A DNA stretch of 24,000 nt from Acaryochloris marina S15 (GCF_018336915.1 NZ_CP064923.1:3701398-3725397), one strand, 5' to 3'; numbered from the stretch's first letter, positions 8,169 through 16,739 are shown. The notes: generated by a model from the letters alone, not told the origin. A program made the numbers and translations.

Positions 8169-9110
8169 ATGTCTGAATTTTTAACGGTTGCCTTCTATAA
8201 ATTCGTCGAGCTGCAAGATTATGCGGAGTTGAAGGAATCTCTTTTAGCCTGCTGCCAAGATAATGATGTTCAAGGCACTATTCTCTTAGCGACAGAAGGA
8301 ATCAATGGTGCGATCGCAGGTTTGCCTCACAATATCCATGCAGTCTTAAATTTTTTGCGGGATGATCCACGCCTTGCCGATCTAGCCCCGAAAGAATCCT
8401 GGTCAGAGAAACGGCCTTTTTATCGAATGAAGGTCCGGCTGAAAACAGAAATCATCAAAATGGGGGTTCCAGACATTGACCCCACCCAAACCGTCGGAGA
8501 ATACGTTAAGCCGGAAGATTGGAACCAACTACTCGCGGATCCAGATGTAGTAGTCATTGATGTGCGCAACGACTATGAGGTGGCCATCGGCACCTTCAAC
8601 GGGGCGATCAATCCTAACACCAAAAGTTTTTCAGAGTTGCCTGAATGGCTCAAAGAACAAGCTGAATTACAGACAAAGCCGAAAGTCGCCATGTTTTGTA
8701 CAGGGGGCATTCGCTGTGAAAAATCAACAGCCTTATTGCGCCATGAAGGCTTTGAACAGGTCTATCATCTGCAAGGGGGCATCCTCAGTTACTTAGAGCA
8801 GGTGCCAGAAGACGAAAGTCAGTGGCAAGGAGACTGTTTTGTCTTTGATGAGCGGGTTGCCGTCGGTCATGGCCTCAAACCCGGTCGGTATCATCTCTGC
8901 CGAGCCTGTCGCACACCGATTAGCCCGGCAGAGATGACATCGGAACAGTATGTGCCCGGCCAAAGTTGCCCCCACTGCTATGGCACCAAAACAGAAGAAC
9001 AACAACGACGATTTGCTGAACGTCAGCGGCAAGTTGAGCTAGCTAAGCAACGAAACCAACGTCACATCGGGGCAAAATATGCCCGCCATCAACCGGATCC
9101 AAGCAGTTAG
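8169..9110 (+). CDS. trhO: Rhodanese-domain tRNA uridine(34) hydroxylase (UPF0176/YceA family)
   Basis: The N-terminus AFYKF...L and the segment ILLATEGINGAIAG match the family. The rhodanese domain has the active-site loop FCTGGIRCEKS. The C-terminal Cys cluster is CRACRTP...CPHCYG. The ATG at 8169 (MSEFLTVAFYKF) matches the family N-terminus better than the ORF-track start at 8118. Confidence 0.85.
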   Translation: MSEFLTVAFYKFVELQDYAELKESLLACCQDNDVQGTILLATEGINGAIAGLPHNIHAVLNFLRDDPRLADLAPKESWSEKRPFYRMKVRLKTEIIKMGVPDIDPTQTVGEYVKPEDWNQLLADPDVVVIDVRNDYEVAIGTFNGAINPNTKSFSELPEWLKEQAELQTKPKVAMFCTGGIRCEKSTALLRHEGFEQVYHLQGGILSYLEQVPEDESQWQGDCFVFDERVAVGHGLKPGRYHLCRACRTPISPAEMTSEQYVPGQSCPHCYGTKTEEQQRRFAERQRQVELAKQRNQRHIGAKYARHQPDPSS

Positions 9111-9115
9111 TTTTC

Positions 9116-9769
9116 ATGGCAACTTATCCCATTTTGTATTCATTTCGCCGTTGCCCCTATGCTATGCGGGCTCGACTGGCTATGACTGTTAGCCAACAGG
9201 TCTGTGAACTCCGGGAAGTAGTGTTGCGAGACAAACCCCAGGAAATGCTGGATGCCTCTCCCAAAGGAACGGTTCCCGTAATGGTGCAGGTAGACGGTTC
9301 CATCTTGGAAGAAAGCCTAGAGATTATGATGTGGGCCCTCAAACAACATGATCCTGACGGCTGGCTCCGTTCTAATCCAGCCCAAATGGCGAATCTGCAA
9401 ACATTAGTGGCGGAATGTGATGGTCACTTTAAGCATCATCTAGACCGCTATAAGTATGCTCAGCGTTATGAGGATGCCAATGCTCAAGAACACCGAACGG
9501 AAGGCTCCAAATTCTTAGAGACGTTAAATCACCAACTCAGTAAGACCACTTATCTGTGTGATCAGCAAAGATCCTGGGCAGATATGGCGATTGCCCCCTT
9601 TGTTCGTCAATTTGCTAATACAGACAAGCCTTGGTTTGAAGCGCAACCTTGGCCCAATTTGCAGACTTGGCTAGCAGATTTTTTAGAATCAGACATCTTC
9701 TTGCAGATTATGGGCAAGTACCCTCAGTGGAAATTGGGTGAAATTGGCCCTTTGTTCCCGAATTCATAA
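9116..9769 (+). CDS. Glutathione S-transferase family protein (thioredoxin-fold N-terminus with CPYA motif)
   Basis: The N-terminus is YSFRRCPYAMRARLAM. It is followed by KGTVPVM and ESLEIMMWAL, typical of the GST_N / Grx2-like bacterial family. The start lies 5 nt after the trhO stop. Confidence 0.78.
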   Translation: MATYPILYSFRRCPYAMRARLAMTVSQQVCELREVVLRDKPQEMLDASPKGTVPVMVQVDGSILEESLEIMMWALKQHDPDGWLRSNPAQMANLQTLVAECDGHFKHHLDRYKYAQRYEDANAQEHRTEGSKFLETLNHQLSKTTYLCDQQRSWADMAIAPFVRQFANTDKPWFEAQPWPNLQTWLADFLESDIFLQIMGKYPQWKLGEIGPLFPNS

Positions 9770-10009
9770 TTTTGCCAGATCGGTTCACTGTCTAATCTCG
9801 ATGTCGCCACAAAAAGCCCATGCACCCTTGAATGGAAACTTTTTCGATATCAAGATACAACTTTTCACAGTTCTCAGTATTTCCTGACTTACTGTAGTGC
9901 AGGCCAACGTTACATCGGTTTTTGATTAAGAAAATTTCTGAAATCCACTGTTTCTCATTTAAGGGCAAGGTTTAGATATAAAATTCGATCAACTAAACAG
10001 GTATCGAAA

Positions 10010-11119
10010 TTGACAAATCCACAAGTTACCTTTGCCAGGAACGTCGGGTTTAGGAAAGAATTGAGCCGACGAGTCAACGAGTATTTCGCCACAAACAATA
10101 TCAGGCCTCGGGATAATCCAGCAATGTATTTCAAGACGGTAGTCATTACCACTTGGACGTTGGCTGCTTGGAGCCTCATCCTCTTTGGGCCACCCAATCT
10201 TGTTATTAAGATACTGGGTTGTGTTGCCTTAGGAATGGGGGTGGCTGGCTTCGGTATGAGCGTTGGTCATGATGCCAATCATGGTGGCTACTCTTCTAGT
10301 CCTCTTGTCAATCGGATTGTTGGCAGCTGTTACGACGTTATTGGCGTCTCTAGTTTCCTCTGGAGATTTCGCCATAATCAGTTGCATCATATCTATACCA
10401 ATATCGAAGGGTATGACAACGAAATTGAGGGAGACGGTGTGGTCCGCATGTCACCCCATGCCCCCCATAAATCTCACCATCGATGGCAGCATTATTGGAT
10501 TTGGTTTATTTACCCCTTTATTCCCATTTATTGGTATTTCAGGGATATCCAACGGTTCATCCTCAACACCCCTTATCAAACCAACTCCATACCTACAAAG
10601 CAACCCATCGATTACGTATCATTTTGGGTTGGCCGAGTCATTGGCGTGTCGTTTTTTATGGTCACTCCTTATTTGGTAGGCTACTCCCCTTTACAGATAG
10701 TCCTAGGTTTCTGTATCGCCTATTGGACTTACGGGGCCATTGTCTGTGAGATTTTCATGCTAGCCCATGTGATGGAGGGCATTGAATTCCCTCAGCCGGA
10801 TCCAGACTCGAACCAAATTGAAGATGAATGGGCGATTTTTCAACTGAAAACGACTGCAGATTTTGCCCCGCGCAATTTTTTCTTAAATTGGTATGTGGGT
10901 GGACTCAACTTCCAAGCCGTTCATCACTTGTTTCCCCAGATCTGTCATATCCACTATCCCAAAATTGCTCCCATCGTGGCAGAAGTTTGCCAGGAATTTG
11001 ATGTCGATTATATGGTTTACCCAACCTTTGCAGAAGCCATTGCCTCTAATTACAGATGGCTTAGATTGATGGCGATTGGCGAGGAAGAGGTTAGTTACCC
11101 CCAAGCAACAACATCCTGA
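10010..11119 (+). CDS. desD: Front-end acyl-lipid desaturase, DesD (delta-6) type
   Basis: Three His boxes are present: HDANHG, HNQLHHIYTN and QAVHHLFP. The Gln in the third box marks front-end desaturases. From memory, the protein is colinear with Synechocystis DesD from the N-terminus (FARNVGFRKELSRRVNEYF...RDNPAMYFKT) to the C-terminal FAEAIASNYRWL. That alignment supports the TTG start at 10010. Confidence 0.88.
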   Translation: MTNPQVTFARNVGFRKELSRRVNEYFATNNIRPRDNPAMYFKTVVITTWTLAAWSLILFGPPNLVIKILGCVALGMGVAGFGMSVGHDANHGGYSSSPLVNRIVGSCYDVIGVSSFLWRFRHNQLHHIYTNIEGYDNEIEGDGVVRMSPHAPHKSHHRWQHYWIWFIYPFIPIYWYFRDIQRFILNTPYQTNSIPTKQPIDYVSFWVGRVIGVSFFMVTPYLVGYSPLQIVLGFCIAYWTYGAIVCEIFMLAHVMEGIEFPQPDPDSNQIEDEWAIFQLKTTADFAPRNFFLNWYVGGLNFQAVHHLFPQICHIHYPKIAPIVAEVCQEFDVDYMVYPTFAEAIASNYRWLRLMAIGEEEVSYPQATTS

Positions 11120-11276
11120 TGAGTAATGGTCTTTACCGCAGGACAGCTAAAGAATGAGGGGACTAAGATGGCCACAACTAAACAGCATTAAAAAAGCTGA
11201 TAGAGAAAAATGCCTCCTGCCCCAATCATTCTCGATGTAAGTTAATTGGCTTAATCGACCGCGTCAACGATACCTA

Positions 11277-11310
11277 TTGCCCTGCTGACCATTACAAGTC
11301 AGCAGGGCAA
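11277..11310. terminator. GC-rich hairpin between convergent genes (terminator candidate, better suited to the + strand)
   Basis: TTGCCCTGCTGAC and GTCAGCAGGGCAA form a perfect 13-bp stem with the 8-nt loop CATTACAA. On the + strand it is followed by TGCCGTTTTGATT. It lies between the desD stop (11119) and the stop of the minus-strand gene (11441). Confidence 0.5.
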
Positions 11311-11349
11311 TGCCGTTTTGATTAGTGAAGAAGATGGGTGGGCAATTGA

Positions 11350-11385
11350 GCAAACTCTTAAGCAAACTCTTAAGCAAACTCTTAA
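11350..11385. repeat. Perfect tandem repeat, 12 nt x 3 (GCAAACTCTTAA)
   Basis: Read directly from the sequence: gcaaactcttaa gcaaactcttaa gcaaactcttaa. It sits in the intergenic region between the convergent genes. Confidence 0.95.
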
Positions 11386-11440
11386 GATCAAGGATAAACA
11401 ACCCTCTTCCTTGGATAAACGCTGGGGCTAAGATCTTCTT

Positions 11441-12592
11441 TTATCGACCGACACTGCTAGGTGCCAAAGTAGGGAAACGAACAATCAAAAAAGGTGCGAT
11501 CGCATCATTGATTCCGTTATTGAGTGGTGGGGATTTGTGGAGTTGGTTTACCGTTCCATAAACATAACCATCCGGACCAATTGCTAGACCATCAGGCCAA
11601 CTCAATTTTTGATTGTCTTGATAGAGGATCTGATATTTGCCCTCGGGGTTCGTTACACCGAGGGCATTAGCCGTGATGTCCGTAATATAAATATTGCCGG
11701 CACTGTCAGCCGTAATGCCATCGCTAATGGGTTTATCACCGTAACGCTGTACTCTTTGGCTCAACTGTTGCTCGCTTAAAGATTGATTCAATACATCTGA
11801 GGTGCGGAGTCTATAGATTGACTTGCCATTCATGGCCCCAAAATAGATCCATTCGTAAGCAGGATCGATAGTGATCGGATTGACGCCGATTCTAGCTGGG
11901 GCATCTCCTAACGAAATCACTCGGCCATCAATCTCAATATCGATATCTTCGGGGATTGTAAACGGTCTCCCTTGCAGGATTCGGCGAGCTAAGCCAGACT
12001 TCAGATCAACGACAATGAAAGCGGCATCAGCTCCACCTGAGGTATCCGCAATATAAATCGCCTCATGTTTGACATCCACGGCAAAATCATTGAGAAAGGC
12101 ATTTCCCGTAATGATGGGTGGGGGTAAATAAATAACCTTATGTAGCTCATTGCGCCGCGTATCCCAAGCAATGAGCCGACCTGTCGAAAAGGTGGGGCTA
12201 GGATTGTCCAAGAACCAAATATTGCCCCTACCATCTGCCTGAATTCCCAACGTATTGTTGAGGCCCGACCAATTGGGAGGATTAACATCAGGCGCCTTCC
12301 CCCAATCTGGATTGGGGTAGATCTGCCAATTCTGTTGGTCGAGAATTTCTATGGCCCGATTCGTATTGCCATAGAAGCTATGCACACTACAAAAAATTCG
12401 TTTATCAGCTGTAACCGCAATATTGCCTACTTCTGTTCCTTGGGGGAGTTCAGCAACAATCTCTAGCTGATTAATAGGAGGTTTGGCTGTGACTCCGGGG
12501 GGAGTATGAAGATGAATACCAATTAGGCATAAACAGGTGCAGATTGCGATCGCAACTCGTCTACGAAAAAAAATCAGGTCAGGCCAATTCAA
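11441..12592 (-). CDS. Secreted beta-propeller protein, MRJP/yellow-like or SMP-30/gluconolactonase-like
   Basis: The 383-aa ORF has an N-terminal signal peptide (RRRVAIAICTCLCLIGIHL...VTA). Blade-like motifs recur along the protein: NIWFLDN, AIYIADTSGG...FIVVDL, WIYFGAMNGKSIYRL, GNIYITD, and WPDGLAIGPDGYVYGTVNQL. The family assignment rests on pattern only. Confidence 0.55.
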   Translation of the reverse strand: MNWPDLIFFRRRVAIAICTCLCLIGIHLHTPPGVTAKPPINQLEIVAELPQGTEVGNIAVTADKRIFCSVHSFYGNTNRAIEILDQQNWQIYPNPDWGKAPDVNPPNWSGLNNTLGIQADGRGNIWFLDNPSPTFSTGRLIAWDTRRNELHKVIYLPPPIITGNAFLNDFAVDVKHEAIYIADTSGGADAAFIVVDLKSGLARRILQGRPFTIPEDIDIEIDGRVISLGDAPARIGVNPITIDPAYEWIYFGAMNGKSIYRLRTSDVLNQSLSEQQLSQRVQRYGDKPISDGITADSAGNIYITDITANALGVTNPEGKYQILYQDNQKLSWPDGLAIGPDGYVYGTVNQLHKSPPLNNGINDAIAPFLIVRFPTLAPSSVGR

Positions 12593-12736
12593 CGGGAGTG
12601 CTCCAAACGCCTACTAGTGGTGATTAACGTTCAGATAGAGGTGAAAGTCAAGCACTAAGTTAGGCGCTGAAGGGTTGAATTAACCTGCCATCAAACTAGA
12701 GAGCTTGAGAGCTATGAAAATATCTGTTGGCAAACC

Positions 12737-13747
12737 TTAGAAGTTGTCTCCATCTAGCAAATCACCAAGGCCGCCGAGCAAGGATCCTTCGCCTCGACCA
12801 CCGCTCCCACTCCGTTGAGGTGCTGAGGCTAGCATTCTACCTGCCATTCTGGAGAAGGGAAGAGATTGTAACCACACATGTCCAGGTCCTGTGAGGGTGG
12901 CAAAAAATAACCCTTCACCGCCAAAGATAACCGACTTAACATTGCCCGCTTGCTGAATGTCGTAATGGACCGAATCGGTCAGGGCAACGAGACAGCCCGT
13001 ATCAACATGTAAGGTTTCACCCGCTTTCAGGTCACGCTGGACTACCGTTCCCCCGGCATGGAGAAAAGTTAGGCCTGTCCCGTCTAGCTTTTGCATGATG
13101 AAGCCTTCACCGCCAAAAAGCCCTGTGAGAATCTTCTTTTGGAAATGAATACCAATTTGAACGCCTTTGGCGGCACAAAGGAAACTGTCTTTTTGGCAAA
13201 TCAATCGTCCACCATAATCACTGAGTTTGGCGGCAATAATGGTGCCCGGATAGGGAGCTGCAAAAGCAACATGGGCCTTACCTTGAGGGCCACCGTGGGT
13301 AAAGACAGTCGTGAACAAACTTTCTCCAGTGACTAGGCGCTTACCCGCCCCGACTAGCTTGTCCATAAAGCCGCCTTGGGAAGCTTGGGCTGAGCCATCC
13401 CCAAAAATAGTTTCCATTTGGACCACAGCATCTTTGTACATCATGGCTCCCGCCTCAGCCACAGCGCTTTCGCCCGGATCGAGTTCGACTTCAACAAACT
13501 GCATGTCTTCGCCGAAAATTTGATAGTCGATTTCATGGGCTGCACCCGGACCTACGGGGGGAGGAGGTGGTGGAGCAGCGGCAGGGGCATCTCCCCGGAG
13601 TTCGGCCACTTGGGAAATGGGGAGCCAATCAGTAAATCCCTGTCGCCAGCAATGGCCATTGGAATTTTGTCTAGCTTGGTCAATGGCCTGCTTTTCGTCG
13701 AAGGGGCCTAGGCGATCGCTGCCGTAATTGAAATACCAAGTTGTCAT
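12737..13747 (-). CDS. GYF_2 domain plus AIM24/TIGR00266 (DUF124) family protein
   Basis: The N-terminus [17 protein letters not shown]...[11 protein letters not shown] looks like a GYF_2 domain. A poly-Pro linker ([11 protein letters not shown]) follows. The body [30 protein letters not shown]...[13 protein letters not shown]...VWLQSL is typical of the AIM24 fold. Confidence 0.75.
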   Translation of the reverse strand: MTTWYFNYGSDRLGPFDEKQAIDQARQNSNGHCWRQGFTDWLPISQVAELRGDAPAAAPPPPPPVGPGAAHEIDYQIFGEDMQFVEVELDPGESAVAEAGAMMYKDAVVQMETIFGDGSAQASQGGFMDKLVGAGKRLVTGESLFTTVFTHGGPQGKAHVAFAAPYPGTIIAAKLSDYGGRLICQKDSFLCAAKGVQIGIHFQKKILTGLFGGEGFIMQKLDGTGLTFLHAGGTVVQRDLKAGETLHVDTGCLVALTDSVHYDIQQAGNVKSVIFGGEGLFFATLTGPGHVWLQSLPFSRMAGRMLASAPQRSGSGGRGEGSLLGGLGDLLDGDNF

Positions 13748-13982
13748 GTCTCTAATTGCTGCTCACCAAACTACAGATATCGTTGCTCAAAGTCCACACA
13801 AGTCGTGGGAGCAAGGAACGATGTGATATAGCTTTCCCAGATTGCAGGCTACAAATTCAAGTCTGCAATGAAACGTTCAAATGGGTCAGAAGCAGCTTTT
13901 TACTGGAGCGAACTACAGCAACGAAATATCTGCATAACACAGCAAAATTAGCGATTAACGCAGGTCTTATGCAAAACTACTG

Positions 13983-15452
13983 TCAAAATAACAATGCCCC
14001 ATCAATTTCCACAGGCAAATGTGTATGAGCCCCCTCTCCACAGGTACGAGGAGTGGGAAAAACCTTGCCAGGATTGGCTAACTCTTTGGGATTAAATACA
14101 TGACGCACCCACTGCATCGTCTCTAAATCAGCCTCAGAAAACATATCCGGCATATAGCAGCGCTTGTCCGCCCCGATACCATGCTCGCCAGAGATACTTC
14201 CCCCGACACGCACACAGAGCTTCAGGATTTCGCCCCCTAACTCTTCTACCTTTTCTAAAGAACCTGGAATGGACTCATCATAAAGAATCAGCGGATGTAA
14301 ATTTCCATCTCCTGCATGGAAAACATTGGCAATTCGGTAGCCAAATTTATCGCTTAGGGCATTAATTTCACCCAATACATAGGCCAGTTCCGTTCTCGGA
14401 ATGACGCCATCTTGGACAAAATAGTTGGGACTGAGCTTTCCGGCAGCCGCAAAAGCAGCTTTCCGTCCCTGCCAAAGCTTGAGCCGTTCTTCTGGTTCTG
14501 TGGCTACGGCGATATTACGAGCACCATTTTGGCGGCAAATTTCTTTAACCCGTTCGCTGCTAGCATTGACCTCAACTTGCAAGCCATCCAGTTCAATTAA
14601 AAGAATGGAGCCCGCATCTCGGGGATAGCAGTCGGTTGCCACCACATCTTCCACCGCGTTGATGCTGAAGTTGTCCATAATTTCCATGCCAGCGGGGATA
14701 ATCCCGGCCCCGATGATGTCGGCAACGGTTTTCCCCGCGGCATCAACACTGGTGAAATCGGCGAGTAGAACTGAAATAGCATCAGCACTGCGCAAAATTC
14801 TTAAGGTAATTTCTGTGGCAATGCCTAAGGTTCCTTCCGACCCCACAAATACCCCGGTCAGGTCATAGCCTGGCATCTCAGGGACTTTGCTGCCTAAATC
14901 CACTACATCACCATTGGTGAGGACCATTTTCATCCCCAACACATGGTTGGTGGTCACCCCGTACTTCAGGCAGTGAACGCCACCGGAATTCTCGGCAATA
15001 TTGCCACCGATGGAGCAAATGATCTGACTAGAGGGATCTGGCGCATAGTAGAAGCCATCTGGAGCCACTGCCTGGGTGACCCAAGCATTAATGACCCCTG
15101 GTTGGACCACCACACATTGATTATCAATATCAATTTCGAGAATTTTATTCATACGGGAGGTGACGATTAAAACGCAACCTACCGTGGGCATTGCACCGCC
15201 AGATAAGCCAGTTCCTGACCCCCGAGCCACAAACGGTATTTGGTTGCGATCGCAAATCTCCACCACTGCCGCTACTTCTTCCGTCGTTTGGGGCAGCACT
15301 ACGAGGCTGGGGCGTTGCCGGTAACTGGCTAAGCCATCGCATTCATAGACAGATAACTCTTCTGGGGTCACTATCACCCCGTCCTGGCCGACAACAGTCT
15401 GCATCTGCCGGATGATGGGTTGCCAATTAAGTTGAGTGCCTGTGGCAATCAT
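13983..15452 (-). CDS. glcD: Glycolate oxidase/dehydrogenase subunit GlcD (FAD-linked oxidase)
   Basis: The FAD-binding PCMH domain motifs are present: VARGSGTGLSGGA, QPGVIN, YAPDPSS, and CSIGGNIAENSGGVHCLKYG. From memory, the N-terminus aligns with the cyanobacterial GlcD N-terminus. Confidence 0.9.
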   Translation of the reverse strand: MIATGTQLNWQPIIRQMQTVVGQDGVIVTPEELSVYECDGLASYRQRPSLVVLPQTTEEVAAVVEICDRNQIPFVARGSGTGLSGGAMPTVGCVLIVTSRMNKILEIDIDNQCVVVQPGVINAWVTQAVAPDGFYYAPDPSSQIICSIGGNIAENSGGVHCLKYGVTTNHVLGMKMVLTNGDVVDLGSKVPEMPGYDLTGVFVGSEGTLGIATEITLRILRSADAISVLLADFTSVDAAGKTVADIIGAGIIPAGMEIMDNFSINAVEDVVATDCYPRDAGSILLIELDGLQVEVNASSERVKEICRQNGARNIAVATEPEERLKLWQGRKAAFAAAGKLSPNYFVQDGVIPRTELAYVLGEINALSDKFGYRIANVFHAGDGNLHPLILYDESIPGSLEKVEELGGEILKLCVRVGGSISGEHGIGADKRCYMPDMFSEADLETMQWVRHVFNPKELANPGKVFPTPRTCGEGAHTHLPVEIDGALLF

Positions 15453-15476
15453 GAAAATTTCGCCTGCAGAAAAGGG

Positions 15477-15503
15477 AAAAAAGCAGGCTGTAAAGACCCT
15501 GCC
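15477..15503 (-). terminator. Terminator-like hairpin plus U-run (weak)
   Basis: The minus strand reads GGCAGG gtctttacag CCTGCT TTTTT, a 6-bp stem including one G-U pair followed by a T-run. It lies 134 nt downstream of the sepF-like stop and only about 25 nt upstream of the glcD start codon. Confidence 0.3.
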
Positions 15504-15636
15504 TATGCTTAGCTTAGACTAGAATCACGCCCTCTTAAGACTAGAGAAATTCAGTCAAGCAGCCAATTTACCCTGTCGCTTCTACTGCTGCAACACAAAC
15601 CGACATCATTTGGATAGTTAAGAAGACCAAAAAAAC

Positions 15637-15924
15637 TTAAGCCGATCGTTGCTCCTGGAAGCCTGCTACTTCAATTTCCGTCAAACTGTAGAGAAAAACG
15701 CCACTACCCACTCTCACGACATCTCCAGAGAGCATATTGATGCTACCGGATAAAAAATCGATAATGCGCTGAGCTAAGTGAGAGGGCAGTTCAGAAACAT
15801 TACACATAACCAGGCGACCTGCTTTTAGTTGATCGACTGCTTGTTGAGCTTCTTCAAAAGAGCTGGGTTTTACAACCTTAATTTCCGATTGTGAAGAACC
15901 AAACAAAGGAATGACATTGTCCAT
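15637..15924 (-). CDS. sepF: SepF-family (DUF552) cell-division protein, short form
   Basis: The segment VVKPSSFEEAQQAVDQLKAGRLVMCNVSELPSHLAQRIIDFLSGSINMLSGDVVRVGSGVFLYS matches the SepF C-terminal FtsZ-binding domain. From memory, the Bacillus SepF equivalent is [25 protein letters not shown]...[23 protein letters not shown]..IFL. Confidence 0.8.
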   Translation of the reverse strand: MDNVIPLFGSSQSEIKVVKPSSFEEAQQAVDQLKAGRLVMCNVSELPSHLAQRIIDFLSGSINMLSGDVVRVGSGVFLYSLTEIEVAGFQEQRSA

Positions 15925-16382
15925 GATTTAAGTCGTGATGCTGAAATAGGTCAAATGCAATTATGCCCAAGCCAACACGCATCCAGTCCGGTCTCCTAAA
16001 AAGGATACCGAACTATATATCGGGAATAATGTGTGCGAGATAAGCATTAGTATCTTCACTAGCGAATTATTAAGAAAATTCGGCTAGTAAACTCCAAAAA
16101 CACTGATATTGAAGCCTAAAACTTTTCTCCCCCCTATCAGCTTTATCTTCCTCAAACCACGCCTTAGTAAAACTAAGTGACTAAATTAAGAATTTCCAAG
16201 TGGAAGAATACACGAGACCAAACTAAACGTTAGTGAAAGCTAACGCAACGATACCAGAAATATTCAGTTGTGTAACCATTTGTCTGCACACAGGCTAGCA
16301 TTGATCCAATTTCCTGAACCCCTGTCAGGGATAAGCCTTACCTTAATTTAATATTTGAAAATTTTCTTCATTGTTCTTACAG

Positions 16383-16600
16383 CAATTCTCATTTTGGCAG
16401 ACTAACACTCTGAGCCTTATCCGTTGGTACTTTTCCCACTTCCAGTCTTTGCTCTGAATTGTTCTTGACAGTGGTAATAGTGCTTAGACAACTCATTGAT
16501 ATGGAGTTGATGAGTATTTTGAAAACATGTGCTTGATCTCAGAACTCTAAAAGCCTTGCTGGGAAAGCTTTTTTAGTGGATATTCTTAAAATGAGAATTG
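16383..16600. repeat. Perfect 13-nt inverted repeat pair bracketing a 192-nt core
   Basis: CAATTCTCATTTT (16383-16395) is the exact reverse complement of AAAATGAGAATTG (16588-16600). Both lie in the ORF-free spacer upstream of nadA. Confidence 0.85.
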
Positions 16601-16710
16601 TTGTCGTTCTTAAGCCTTTTTAGAATGTCTCTTCACTGTTTGAGTCATGGAGTACACCCCCCATCAGCTCCAGGATTGGTCCCTTGGGCAGAGGGTTAGA
16701 ACTGTAGAAT

Positions 16711-16739
16711 TAGGCATTTTTGGTAAAATCAACTATAAT
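16711..16739 (+). promoter_or_regulatory. Candidate sigma70-type promoter for nadA
   Basis: A perfect TATAAT sits at 16734-16739. A TAGGCA hexamer (4/6 match to TTGACA) sits 17 nt upstream at 16711-16716. The nadA GTG start is 47 nt downstream of the -10 box. This rests on sequence pattern only. Confidence 0.3.

Noticed and set aside
10263-10749. 138-aa and 88-aa alternative-frame ORFs inside desD
   Set aside because: They are in the wrong frame of a gene whose frame is fixed by three His boxes.
11325-11561. 78-aa ORF encoding LSKLLSKLLSKLL across the tandem repeat
   Set aside because: The periodic peptide is simply the 12-nt repeat read in frame. The ORF runs 121 nt antisense into the 3' end of the propeller gene. 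It needs a GTG start and has no ribosome-binding site.
13756-14028. 90-aa ORF between the AIM24-family gene and glcD
   Set aside because: It overlaps the glcD 3' end antisense. It has no motifs, and its composition is typical of intergenic sequence.
16465-16470. Perfect TTGACA hexamer inside the spacer
   Set aside because: No acceptable -10 hexamer lies 15-19 nt downstream (ACAACT, GACAAC, TAGACA), so I do not call a promoter.
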